The notes under the pieces were generated by a model that saw nothing but the letters and a program-made list of their open reading frames with translations, searched no databases and had not been told where the DNA came from. Made by a program: the position numbers and the translations under genes. Shown in pieces: positions 24,267 to 32,000 of a stretch of DNA of 32,000 nt. The number at the start of each line of letters is the position of its first letter. Position 1 is the first letter of the stretch. The stretch is from Psychrobacter cryohalolentis K5 (GTDB taxonomy: Bacteria > Pseudomonadota > Gammaproteobacteria > Pseudomonadales > Moraxellaceae). The stretch spans positions 1,590,001-1,622,000 of the forward strand of contig NC_007969.1 of NCBI RefSeq assembly GCF_000013905.1, given 5' to 3'.

Positions 24267-26369
24267 ATGAAAAAGGGCAGCACACAAGACTTTAAGACCA
24301 CTGACAAAACCAGTCGCCATAGTGCGGATAATGCACTGTGGCAGCTTGATTTTCATAGCATGCAAGGGCGCAAGTCTGAAAATCAAGACAGCTTGCTGAT
24401 AACAACCTGCTTGCCGTATGGACAGTTTACAGCAACCATCAACGGCGGTGTTCAGTGTCCTCACGCGCCTTTATTGGTTTTAATGGCTGATGGTGTCAGT
24501 GCCTGTCAGTTCCCCAAACAAGCCAGCCAATTGGTGGTCAATACTGTCACGCACCATCTTACCTTAGCACTTAAAAACGGGGCACTTAAAAATGAAGCAA
24601 TTGAAGAGATGGTATTGGCAGAGAACCAATCGCAATCAGCAAACATAGACTTTGATGACAATCAAGTTGCCATTTTGATTCGTGAGGCGGTCAATAAAGC
24701 CAATGACGCCCTCTATTTCCCGCAAGTCTATGAGCGCGTGCCACCACTATTATCCACCTTATCAGGTCTACTATGTATCGGCGACCGTATCCATCTGTTT
24801 CATACAGGCGACTCGCGTATTTACCGTGTCGGTTTAGAGAGTATAAAAGTGCTCAGTAAAGACCACCGTATTCACCATGGGCAAGATAAAGGCGCGCTAT
24901 CTGCCGCTATTGGCGCGGATACGATGGTCGAGCTCCAGCAGTCAGTATTTACCTTGCATCAAAATGAATGCTTAGCACTGATGACAGATGGCGTCTATGA
25001 GTCTATTGCAGCGTCCGAGCTCCAGTTTGAGCTATGTTCAGCAGTAAAGGCGCTGTGTCAGCCGAGTCAAACGATAGATACGACGGATAACAGCTCGAAT
25101 GACGGGGCAGTGAATAGTCTTAGCATCAGCCAAAGCATATGCGAGCAGGCGTTTAACGAGGGCAGTCATGACAATTTAAGTATGGTGATACTCGGTATGA
25201 ATGCGCAAGCGCTCCATAAGAAAAAGACAGCCAATAGCGCTCATACTAAGAACAATAGTAATAATAAAAATGCTAGCCTGCATGATCCGATGCCTCACGA
25301 CATCCATCGGTATCAGTTATTAACGGGCTTAGAAGTTGGGGCACGGATTGATGGTTTTATCGTCAAGCATATTATAGCCCGTACTGCTCGTAGCGAAGTA
25401 TATCTAGTAGAGGATGAAAACCATCATCTATTTGCACTAAAGTCACCAAGCCTTAATGCTATTACCGATGGTCATTATCTGCGCGAATTTTTAAAGGAGC
25501 GTAAAATCGGTCTAAGCTTATCTAAGCATAGACGGGCGGGCGAGCCTGCCTATAATCAAGCAGATCCTAATAACCTATCTAGCGACAGCAGCCTTACAGG
25601 CATCAGCAGTATAAAACCCTATCTAGACGCAAGCTCAGCGCTTAGTGCTTCAGGGTTGCTACGCTATTACCCCATACCAGCCAGCAGTGCATATCTATAC
25701 CATCTCACAGAATATATTGAAGGCGAAAGCCTAAGAGATTTTATGGATCGTCATGCGCCTTGTGATGTGTGGCAGACCTATGATTTGTTAACCAAAATAG
25801 GCATGGCGGTTCGGGTGATGCATCGAAACTATCTATTGCATCAAGATATCAAGCCGGAAAACATCCTATTGACCACATCAGGCGCGGTCAAATTGATAGA
25901 TTTTGGTTCAGCCAGCTCTTCCATACTTAAAGACAGTACGCGACCACCGAACGGTGATTTGCACTATGCTGCACCAGAATATTACACCGATGCACCAAAA
26001 GGTGTGCATTCTGATTTATTTTCCATAGCGGTGATTGGCTATGAGCTGCTAACAGGTGAGCTGCCATTTAGCTCGCAAGCGTTGATGCATTCACATCAAG
26101 CAAATCATACCTTAACCCTACCTACTCAATTATTACGTCAGTACCGTGTACCTGCTGCCAGCCAGCAAGCGCTAATGCGTGCGCTGCTTGCTAATACCCA
26201 AGCTCGCTATCAAGCAATTGGTGAGTTCTTACAAGATTTTAACCCTGAGAATCATAATTATATTAGCGACCCTGAGCCGCTCATCATACGCAACCCATTA
26301 CTGGTATGGCATAGCATTTGCTTTATTCAGTTTGTGCTCATTTTTTCGCTGTTGGCTTATTTCTTATAA
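24267..26369 (+). CDS. Bifunctional PP2C-type Ser/Thr phosphatase / Hanks-type Ser/Thr kinase with a C-terminal membrane anchor
   Basis: PPM motifs: GRKSENQDS, LMADGVSA, HTGDSRIYRV, LSKDH, LMTDGVYE, HDNLSMVILG. Kinase motifs: FALK, catalytic loop HQDIKPEN (25839-25862), DFG (25899-25907), AAPE. The C-terminal helix is LLVWHSICFIQFVLIFSLLAYFL. The ATG lies 2 nt after the transporter stop. Confidence 0.85.
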   Translation: MKKGSTQDFKTTDKTSRHSADNALWQLDFHSMQGRKSENQDSLLITTCLPYGQFTATINGGVQCPHAPLLVLMADGVSACQFPKQASQLVVNTVTHHLTLALKNGALKNEAIEEMVLAENQSQSANIDFDDNQVAILIREAVNKANDALYFPQVYERVPPLLSTLSGLLCIGDRIHLFHTGDSRIYRVGLESIKVLSKDHRIHHGQDKGALSAAIGADTMVELQQSVFTLHQNECLALMTDGVYESIAASELQFELCSAVKALCQPSQTIDTTDNSSNDGAVNSLSISQSICEQAFNEGSHDNLSMVILGMNAQALHKKKTANSAHTKNNSNNKNASLHDPMPHDIHRYQLLTGLEVGARIDGFIVKHIIARTARSEVYLVEDENHHLFALKSPSLNAITDGHYLREFLKERKIGLSLSKHRRAGEPAYNQADPNNLSSDSSLTGISSIKPYLDASSALSASGLLRYYPIPASSAYLYHLTEYIEGESLRDFMDRHAPCDVWQTYDLLTKIGMAVRVMHRNYLLHQDIKPENILLTTSGAVKLIDFGSASSSILKDSTRPPNGDLHYAAPEYYTDAPKGVHSDLFSIAVIGYELLTGELPFSSQALMHSHQANHTLTLPTQLLRQYRVPAASQQALMRALLANTQARYQAIGEFLQDFNPENHNYISDPEPLIIRNPLLVWHSICFIQFVLIFSLLAYFL

Positions 26370-26449
26370 GTGCAGGCTTTAAGCACAAAAGATACTCTGA
26401 CACGCCATTTAATTAATGCTGCGCGTTGCGGCTAAGGGATTTTTTGCTC

Positions 26450-27880
26450 ATGTCATCAGATAGATCAAAATTAACAATACAGACAACGTCTTATGCTCAT
26501 TCAAATGCGGGTATTGTCATTATTGGTGCTGGCATGGCAGGCAGCCGTTTTGCCATTGAGCTGGCACGTGCCCAGCAGCAAAGTAAGTCGCCAAATAACC
26601 AAAGACCATTACCGATTACCCTTATCAGCAAAGAGCCAGAGGTTGGCTACAACCGCATTATGCTATCACCAGTGCTGGCAGGAGATAGCGCCTTTGATGA
26701 TACTTATTTATACCAGCAATCAGATTATGAACAGTTGGGTATTGTTGTCTTAGCAGGGATTGCAGTTACCGCTGTGGACACCAAACAACAGTCTATTAAT
26801 CTTGATAATGGACAGACGATGGTGTATGCCAAGCTGGTTATCGCTACAGGTTCGAGCGCTCGAGTCATCCCTTTTCCCAATCATGATGCGACAGGTGTGC
26901 ATGTGTTCCGAGAAGTAGCCGATGTAAATGCTTTAATTGAATATGCGCGCCAAGGGAAAAAAGGTCTAGTAATTGGTGGCGGGGTGCTAGGGCTAGAGGC
27001 CGCCTGCGCGTTGGCTTCTCAAGGGGCAGATATGACGGTCATTCATGTAGACAGCTATGTTCTTAACAGGCAGCTTGATTTACCTGCTGCCCAGCTACTG
27101 CAAGCTGAGCTGGCTCGTCGGGGCGTAGGTGTGGAGGTCTCTGCTATTACTGATTGTATTGCGGTCAATGACCAGCATGAGGTGAAAGGCTTATCATTGA
27201 AGGATGGACGTACCTTGCCGGCAGATTTTATCGTGATGGCAGTCGGGGTGATGCCCAATATAGCACTGGCGAGAGACAGCGGTCTTGAAGTCAATCGCGG
27301 CATCATTGTGGATGATTGCATGCACACGAGTTGTCCGCATGTCTACGCAGTTGGCGAATGCGTAGAGTTGGATGGTGAGCTATTCGGTATGGTCGCACCT
27401 GTTAATCAGCAAGTGGATACCTTAGTCTCTGTGCTAAAAGACACTCGACTATCGGGCGACAGCTTAGGCTCTAAAGAGAACTGGCAGCCTTTTCGCAGTA
27501 CACCGCTGTCATTAAAGCTAAAAGTATCTGGCATCAGTGCCTTTTCAGCAGGGCAAGTCGACTTTGATGACGAGGAAGCGGCGGCTATCGAAACCATTAC
27601 TTATCAGCAAACCAGTATAAATCACTATCACTGCCTCTATCTTAGAAACAATAAACTGATCGGCGCTGTACTCTACGGTGAGGTCAATGAGGGCAGTTTC
27701 TATAGCCAGCTGATCAACAGCAATAGTGATATCGCGCCTATAAAAGCGGATTTAATATTTGGCGAGGCTTACTGTGATTTGGAGAAGGTAACGACAGATA
27801 GTGAGGCTAACGGAGACATGGATAACGATAGCGATCTGGATTTATTAAGCGCAGCAGACCTAGTAGGAGCGGCGTCATGA
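26450..27880 (+). CDS. FAD/NAD(P)H-dependent oxidoreductase, probable electron-transfer subunit of the assimilatory nitrate reductase
   Basis: Paralogous to the NirB N-terminal flavin module (VIIGAGMAGSRFA, LVIGGGVLGLEAA, YAVGECV) but lacks the siroheme domain. It has an acidic C-terminal tail. Its stop overlaps the nasA start (ATGA at 27877-27880). I prefer ATG 26450 to the TTG at 26426. Confidence 0.85.
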   Translation: MSSDRSKLTIQTTSYAHSNAGIVIIGAGMAGSRFAIELARAQQQSKSPNNQRPLPITLISKEPEVGYNRIMLSPVLAGDSAFDDTYLYQQSDYEQLGIVVLAGIAVTAVDTKQQSINLDNGQTMVYAKLVIATGSSARVIPFPNHDATGVHVFREVADVNALIEYARQGKKGLVIGGGVLGLEAACALASQGADMTVIHVDSYVLNRQLDLPAAQLLQAELARRGVGVEVSAITDCIAVNDQHEVKGLSLKDGRTLPADFIVMAVGVMPNIALARDSGLEVNRGIIVDDCMHTSCPHVYAVGECVELDGELFGMVAPVNQQVDTLVSVLKDTRLSGDSLGSKENWQPFRSTPLSLKLKVSGISAFSAGQVDFDDEEAAAIETITYQQTSINHYHCLYLRNNKLIGAVLYGEVNEGSFYSQLINSNSDIAPIKADLIFGEAYCDLEKVTTDSEANGDMDNDSDLDLLSAADLVGAAS

Positions 27881-30800
27881 GTGAAGTGATCTTGAGTAAT
27901 AAACCGAATGCTAGTCAAGAATTAGAAAGTGGTATACTTCGATCTAATAACAAATCTGATGACATATTCAATCCTTCAAAAACGGCTCTTATTGCCACTT
28001 ATACTGAAGAAACGACGTCCATCATACGTACCACTTGCCCTTATTGCGGTGTCGGTTGCGGGGTGCTCGCGAGCATCGATGAGGTAGGTGCAGTCAGTGT
28101 GGCAGGCGACCCTGACCATCCGGCAAATTTTGGTAAGTTATGCTCAAAAGGCAGTGCATTGGCGCAAACCTTAGGCAGTGAGCGCCGCTTAACTGAGCCT
28201 TACTATCAAAACAAGCAAGCGGTAATGCAAGAACATCGACCCACGCAATTAGGTACTGATTTTAACGCTATCGACATATCTGATGAGCCACTTATAAAAC
28301 CTACCGATTGGAATAACGTCTTAGATGATATTGCCACGCGCTTAAACGACACGATCGCCAAGCATGGTCGCGACAGTATTATGTTTTATGTCTCAGGACA
28401 GCTACTCACTGAGGATTATTACGTCGCCAATAAGTTTATCAAAGGCTTTATCGGTAATAATAATATCGATTCCAACTCACGCCTATGTATGTCTTCCGCA
28501 GTAGCAGGGCATAAACGTGCCTTTGGCGCTGATTTGGTGCCTGGTAATTACGAGGATTTAGAGTCCTGCGATTTATTAGTGCTGGTTGGCTCAAACATGG
28601 CATGGTGCCATCCGATCTTATTTGGGCGTTTTTTGGCCGCCAAAAAAGCCAATCCCAATAAAAAGCTTATTGTCATTGACCCACGTCGTACCGATTCCTG
28701 TGAGTTCGCCGATTTGCACTTACCAATAGCCGCCGGCACCGATACGCATTTATACAATGGTTTATTACATTATCTTAGCGAACACGGCTGTGCTGATACA
28801 GGTTATATCGAGCATGGTCATGGTGTTGATGATGCTTTAGCGGCAGCCAACGTCTGGAGCATTGAAAAAGTTGCTCAAGCTTGCCAAGTCAGTATCGACA
28901 GTATCCTTGAATTTTATCAGCTAGTCGCCGCTCATGATGAAACAGTGACTGCCTTTAGTATGGGTGTCAACCAGTCAAAGAGTGGCACTGACAAGGTGAA
29001 TGCCATTATCAACACCCATCTGCTTACGGGACGAGTGGGCAAACCAGGTGCCAGTCCTTTTTCACTCACTGGTCAGCCAAATGCCATGGGTGGCCGTGAA
29101 GTCGGGGCGCTGGCTAATTTGCTGGCGGCACATTTAGACTTGAGTAATAGCATCCATCGTCAACTGGTGGCTGACTTTTGGCAGGCACCGCAGTCTATTG
29201 CGCCAGAGGTGGGCATCCAAGCTTGTGATGCTGCCGATGCTATCTTAGATGGGCGTATCAAAGCCATTTGGATTATGGCAACCAATCCAGTCGTGAGCTT
29301 ACCTGAAGCGGATAAATTTCGCCGCGCATTAGCGGCTTGTGACTTGGTCATTGTCTCTGACTGCTCGGTAGACAGCGATACGGTTAAGTGCGCAGACATT
29401 GTATTGCCAGCTCAAGGTTGGGGTGAAAAATCAGGCACAGTCACCAATTCTGAGCGGCGAATCTCAAGACAGCGGGCGTTGAAGCCTGCATTAGGACTCG
29501 CTAAGCCTGACTGGTGGATACTGTCTCAAGTGGCTACTCGCATGGGGCTAGCTGGGTTTGATTACCAGCATCCTAGCGAGATATTCAATGAGCATGTGGC
29601 ATTGACCGCTTATAAAAACGATCCTAGCCAAGTGCCCTCTATTAGCAATCAACCACGCTATCTCAATTTGGCTAAAGACCTATCAATGCCAGTACTAAGC
29701 CGCGCTGACTACGAGGTGATGACTCCCTTTCAATGGGGCGGTGCGCGTATTACACCCACTCAAGTAAAACTCATTGCTATTACGCCTTCAGATAGTGCTA
29801 GCCTGCCTAATTTTCATCACTTCCATCAACATCAACGTCGGCAGAACTCGAATAAGAGCGATGTTAAGAATAGAGATAAGCGGCATAACACTGACTTCAA
29901 CCCATTGACCGTGAATCTACGCCTGATTACGGGCAGACTACGAGATCAGTGGCATACCATGACACGCACAGGACTGGCGCCACAGCTCAATCAACATGAA
30001 TCTGTGCCGACGCTGACTATCCATCCTAATGAAGCCAAACAACTCGGTGTTGAAAAGGGCGACTATGTGCAGCTACATCCTCGCTATGAGCAGATCCTGC
30101 CGAATAGTGAGGCGACAACTATTGATACGAATAATGTTAGTAAAAATGCCGATACAGATAATGAGAATATAGAGCAAACGGTTTTAGCGCAAATCGCCAT
30201 CAGCGATAGTATGCGTGTTGGTGATGCCTTTATGCCCATGCACTGGAGTAATGCCTTTGCTAGCTTTGCACGGGTAGGGACACTCATTCCGACTGTGGTC
30301 GATCCATATTCAGGGCAGCCTGAGCTAAAAAACTCAGCGATTCGCATGAGCGCCGTGCCTATGCAGACACTTGGCAAGATTATGGTGCATCCTGATTTGC
30401 AGGACACCATATTAGTGCACTTGCGTGCGATGACTGCTCATTTTAAGAAGGAAGCAATAGCGGGTGAGTCGCAAACAGCGTCTACAAACTTTGAGTTAAA
30501 TGGTGCGGGTTCGTCTCTCTCACTACCAGCGCTGACATGGAGTATCAGCAGGCAAGCCAATAGTGTGCTCATTACTCTTGCCAGCCCAGCCGAGCGCACA
30601 GCTAGGCAGTTGCTTGACCCTAAATTTTGGCAGCAGTTTATCGATGACTATCAAAAGTCTGTATCAGACAAGTGGTTGACTGGCAATGCCGACGATACTC
30701 TGACGGTTAATAGCGCTTTCACCTTGAGTAAACCAGAGAAGCAACTACGCTTTATCTCGACTCAGTCAGAGGTGAGGAACAAAGCATTAAATCATATATT

Positions 30801-31161
30801 GCCAAGTGATTCAGACTCTGCCGTACCTAGTGATCAGCTGCTATTAGCTATTTATTTTGCACCAAAATTGATGTATTTGCCTAGTACACATTGGCTTGAC
30901 AGCTGCTTTGCCAGTACCGCTGCCATACCAGTACAGCAGCGCTATAAATGGTTGCTGGCAGGTCGTCCAGCTACTGGCTATATCGATCCAGGTCCGTTGG
31001 TGTGCTCTTGTATGGCAGTCGGAGAAAACATCATCATCAATGCAATCGCCAAGCAGCAGTGCCATAGCGCACAATCAGTGGGCAAAGCGTGCCGTGCTGG
31101 TACCAATTGCGGCTCATGCGTGAGTCAAATCAATGCACTTATTGAGGAGCATGCGTCATAG
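27877..31161 (+). CDS. nasA: Assimilatory nitrate reductase catalytic subunit (Mo-bisMGD, N-terminal [4Fe-4S], C-terminal BFD-like [2Fe-2S])
   Basis: N-terminal CPYCGVGCGV...KLCSKG cluster, a long MopB-type domain, and C-terminal CSCMAVG...CRAGTNCGSC. At 1094 aa it is unusually long because of low-complexity inserts. Confidence 0.92.
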   Translation: MSEVILSNKPNASQELESGILRSNNKSDDIFNPSKTALIATYTEETTSIIRTTCPYCGVGCGVLASIDEVGAVSVAGDPDHPANFGKLCSKGSALAQTLGSERRLTEPYYQNKQAVMQEHRPTQLGTDFNAIDISDEPLIKPTDWNNVLDDIATRLNDTIAKHGRDSIMFYVSGQLLTEDYYVANKFIKGFIGNNNIDSNSRLCMSSAVAGHKRAFGADLVPGNYEDLESCDLLVLVGSNMAWCHPILFGRFLAAKKANPNKKLIVIDPRRTDSCEFADLHLPIAAGTDTHLYNGLLHYLSEHGCADTGYIEHGHGVDDALAAANVWSIEKVAQACQVSIDSILEFYQLVAAHDETVTAFSMGVNQSKSGTDKVNAIINTHLLTGRVGKPGASPFSLTGQPNAMGGREVGALANLLAAHLDLSNSIHRQLVADFWQAPQSIAPEVGIQACDAADAILDGRIKAIWIMATNPVVSLPEADKFRRALAACDLVIVSDCSVDSDTVKCADIVLPAQGWGEKSGTVTNSERRISRQRALKPALGLAKPDWWILSQVATRMGLAGFDYQHPSEIFNEHVALTAYKNDPSQVPSISNQPRYLNLAKDLSMPVLSRADYEVMTPFQWGGARITPTQVKLIAITPSDSASLPNFHHFHQHQRRQNSNKSDVKNRDKRHNTDFNPLTVNLRLITGRLRDQWHTMTRTGLAPQLNQHESVPTLTIHPNEAKQLGVEKGDYVQLHPRYEQILPNSEATTIDTNNVSKNADTDNENIEQTVLAQIAISDSMRVGDAFMPMHWSNAFASFARVGTLIPTVVDPYSGQPELKNSAIRMSAVPMQTLGKIMVHPDLQDTILVHLRAMTAHFKKEAIAGESQTASTNFELNGAGSSLSLPALTWSISRQANSVLITLASPAERTARQLLDPKFWQQFIDDYQKSVSDKWLTGNADDTLTVNSAFTLSKPEKQLRFISTQSEVRNKALNHILPSDSDSAVPSDQLLLAIYFAPKLMYLPSTHWLDSCFASTAAIPVQQRYKWLLAGRPATGYIDPGPLVCSCMAVGENIIINAIAKQQCHSAQSVGKACRAGTNCGSCVSQINALIEEHAS

Positions 31162-31259
31162 CTGTCTTATAACCGCCTTATGAAATACAACCAATTGATC
31201 AATATGGCATAGGGCTTGCACCGTATATTGCACTAACAGCATCATTAGGAGTCACCGTC

Positions 31260-32000
31260 ATGACGGATTCATCTGCCTTTATCGCAACACTACCTCCAAA
31301 CGATTTATCTAATAAAAAGTGTGTCGTCAATGCGCTAAACACGCCATTAAACAGAGCAGCTGCAAAAGTAGGCATTGTGCATTTAGTCGGTGCAGGCTCT
31401 GGTGATCCTGAGCTGCTCACACTAAAAGCTTTGCGAATCATGCAGCGCGCTGATGTGGTGCTTTACGATAGCCTAGTCTCAGAGGATATATTGGATATGT
31501 GCGAACCAACAGCGGAAAAGATATTTGTTGGTAAACGCCGAGCCAATCATGCGCTGCCGCAAGAAGGCATCAATGAGCTGTTGGTCAAGCACGCGCTGGC
31601 AGGTAAAACAGTTGTAAGACTCAAAGGCGGCGACCCTTTTATCTTTGGGCGCGGCGGAGAGGAGCTTCAAGAAGTGGTGCGCCATGGTATCTTTTTTGAA
31701 TCTATCCCTGGCATTACTGCCGCCAGTGCCGCTGCTAGTAGTGCAGGTATTCCATTGACGCATCGCGACCATGCGCAGGCAGTGAAGTTTGTAACGGCAT
31801 ATAAGAAATCAGGAGCGCCAAATAATAACTATGACGAGCATTTAGATAGCACCCAAACGGTTGTTTTTTATATGGGATTGCATCAGCTAGATGAATTGAC
31901 TGAAGGGTTGATAGCAGCGGGACGAGATAGCGCGACGCCTTTTGCGGTGATTAGCCATGCCAGCTTGCCCACGCAGCAACTGCTCATCGGCACGCTTGGT
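31260..32000 (+). CDS. cobA: Uroporphyrinogen-III C-methyltransferase (siroheme biosynthesis), 3-prime end beyond the window
   Basis: Absent from the ORF track because it has no stop in the window. Read by hand from ATG 31260 (TAGGAG SD 8 nt upstream): MTDSSAF...VHLVGAGSGDPELLTLKALRIMQRADVVLYDSLV...VRLKGGDPFIFGRGGEE...IPGITAA. The frame is open for 247 codons to position 32000. Confidence 0.88.
   Translation, partial: MTDSSAFIATLPPNDLSNKKCVVNALNTPLNRAAAKVGIVHLVGAGSGDPELLTLKALRIMQRADVVLYDSLVSEDILDMCEPTAEKIFVGKRRANHALPQEGINELLVKHALAGKTVVRLKGGDPFIFGRGGEELQEVVRHGIFFESIPGITAASAAASSAGIPLTHRDHAQAVKFVTAYKKSGAPNNNYDEHLDSTQTVVFYMGLHQLDELTEGLIAAGRDSATPFAVISHASLPTQQLLIGTLG

Noticed and set aside
107-31123. 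Numerous 60-150 aa track ORFs nested antisense or out of frame inside large genes (for example 107-331, 3821-4021, 5456-5842, 8253-8699, 13675-13983, 18585-18929, 21304-21651, 27055-27327, 30084-30410)
   Set aside because: Each is fully contained in a longer ORF with clear family motifs, and none has a recognisable motif of its own. 18585-18929 simply mirrors the acidic repeat gene.
31199-31772. Two minus-strand track ORFs (31199-31441 and 31479-31772)
   Set aside because: They lie antisense to a plus-strand frame with unmistakable SUMT/CobA motifs (GAGSGDPELLTLKA, LKGGDPFIFGRGGEE). That frame is open from 31260 to the window end. The track omitted it only because no stop lies within the window.
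1-32000. Search for CRISPR arrays, tRNA/rRNA genes, transposases, integrases, IS inverted repeats or target-site duplications flanking the TA pair and the HEPN-ABC-GNAT block
   Set aside because: I could see none by eye. The insertions are inferred only from gene order and composition, so their mobility mechanism is unresolved.

Overview
Chromosomal window from a moderately AT-rich gammaproteobacterium. A Moraxellaceae or Psychrobacter-like origin is my inference from composition and gene content only.

There are two metabolic blocks.

(1) Positions 50-12245, minus strand: a 2-methylcitrate-cycle (propionate) locus, prpB-prpC-acnD-prpF...prpD. Accessory insertions interrupt it. A yefM-yoeB toxin-antitoxin pair sits between acnD and prpF. 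A low-GC orphan ORF carrying a HEPN-type RNxxxH motif, an ABC exporter and a tail-anchored ElaA-like GNAT sit between prpF and prpD.

(2) Positions 19131-32000: a nitrate-assimilation regulon. nirBD is on the minus strand. It diverges from a plus-strand operon of NarK-type transporter, PP2C-phosphatase/Hanks-kinase fusion, flavoprotein subunit, NasA and cobA. A textbook sigma-54 promoter lies in the shared control region.

Between the blocks lie an NRAMP-superfamily transporter with a non-canonical metal-site motif, a LysR regulator, a bitopic low-complexity protein, a DUF3817-like protein, an acyltransferase and a very acidic internally repeated protein.

I saw no rRNA, tRNA, CRISPR array, transposase or integrase.

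The best candidates for something undescribed are the orphan HEPN-motif gene (possibly one module with the ABC exporter and GNAT) and the membrane-anchored phosphatase-kinase embedded in the nas operon.

All family calls come from reading motifs and remembered homologues, not from searches. The ORF track translates non-ATG starts as M, so several starts were re-evaluated by hand.
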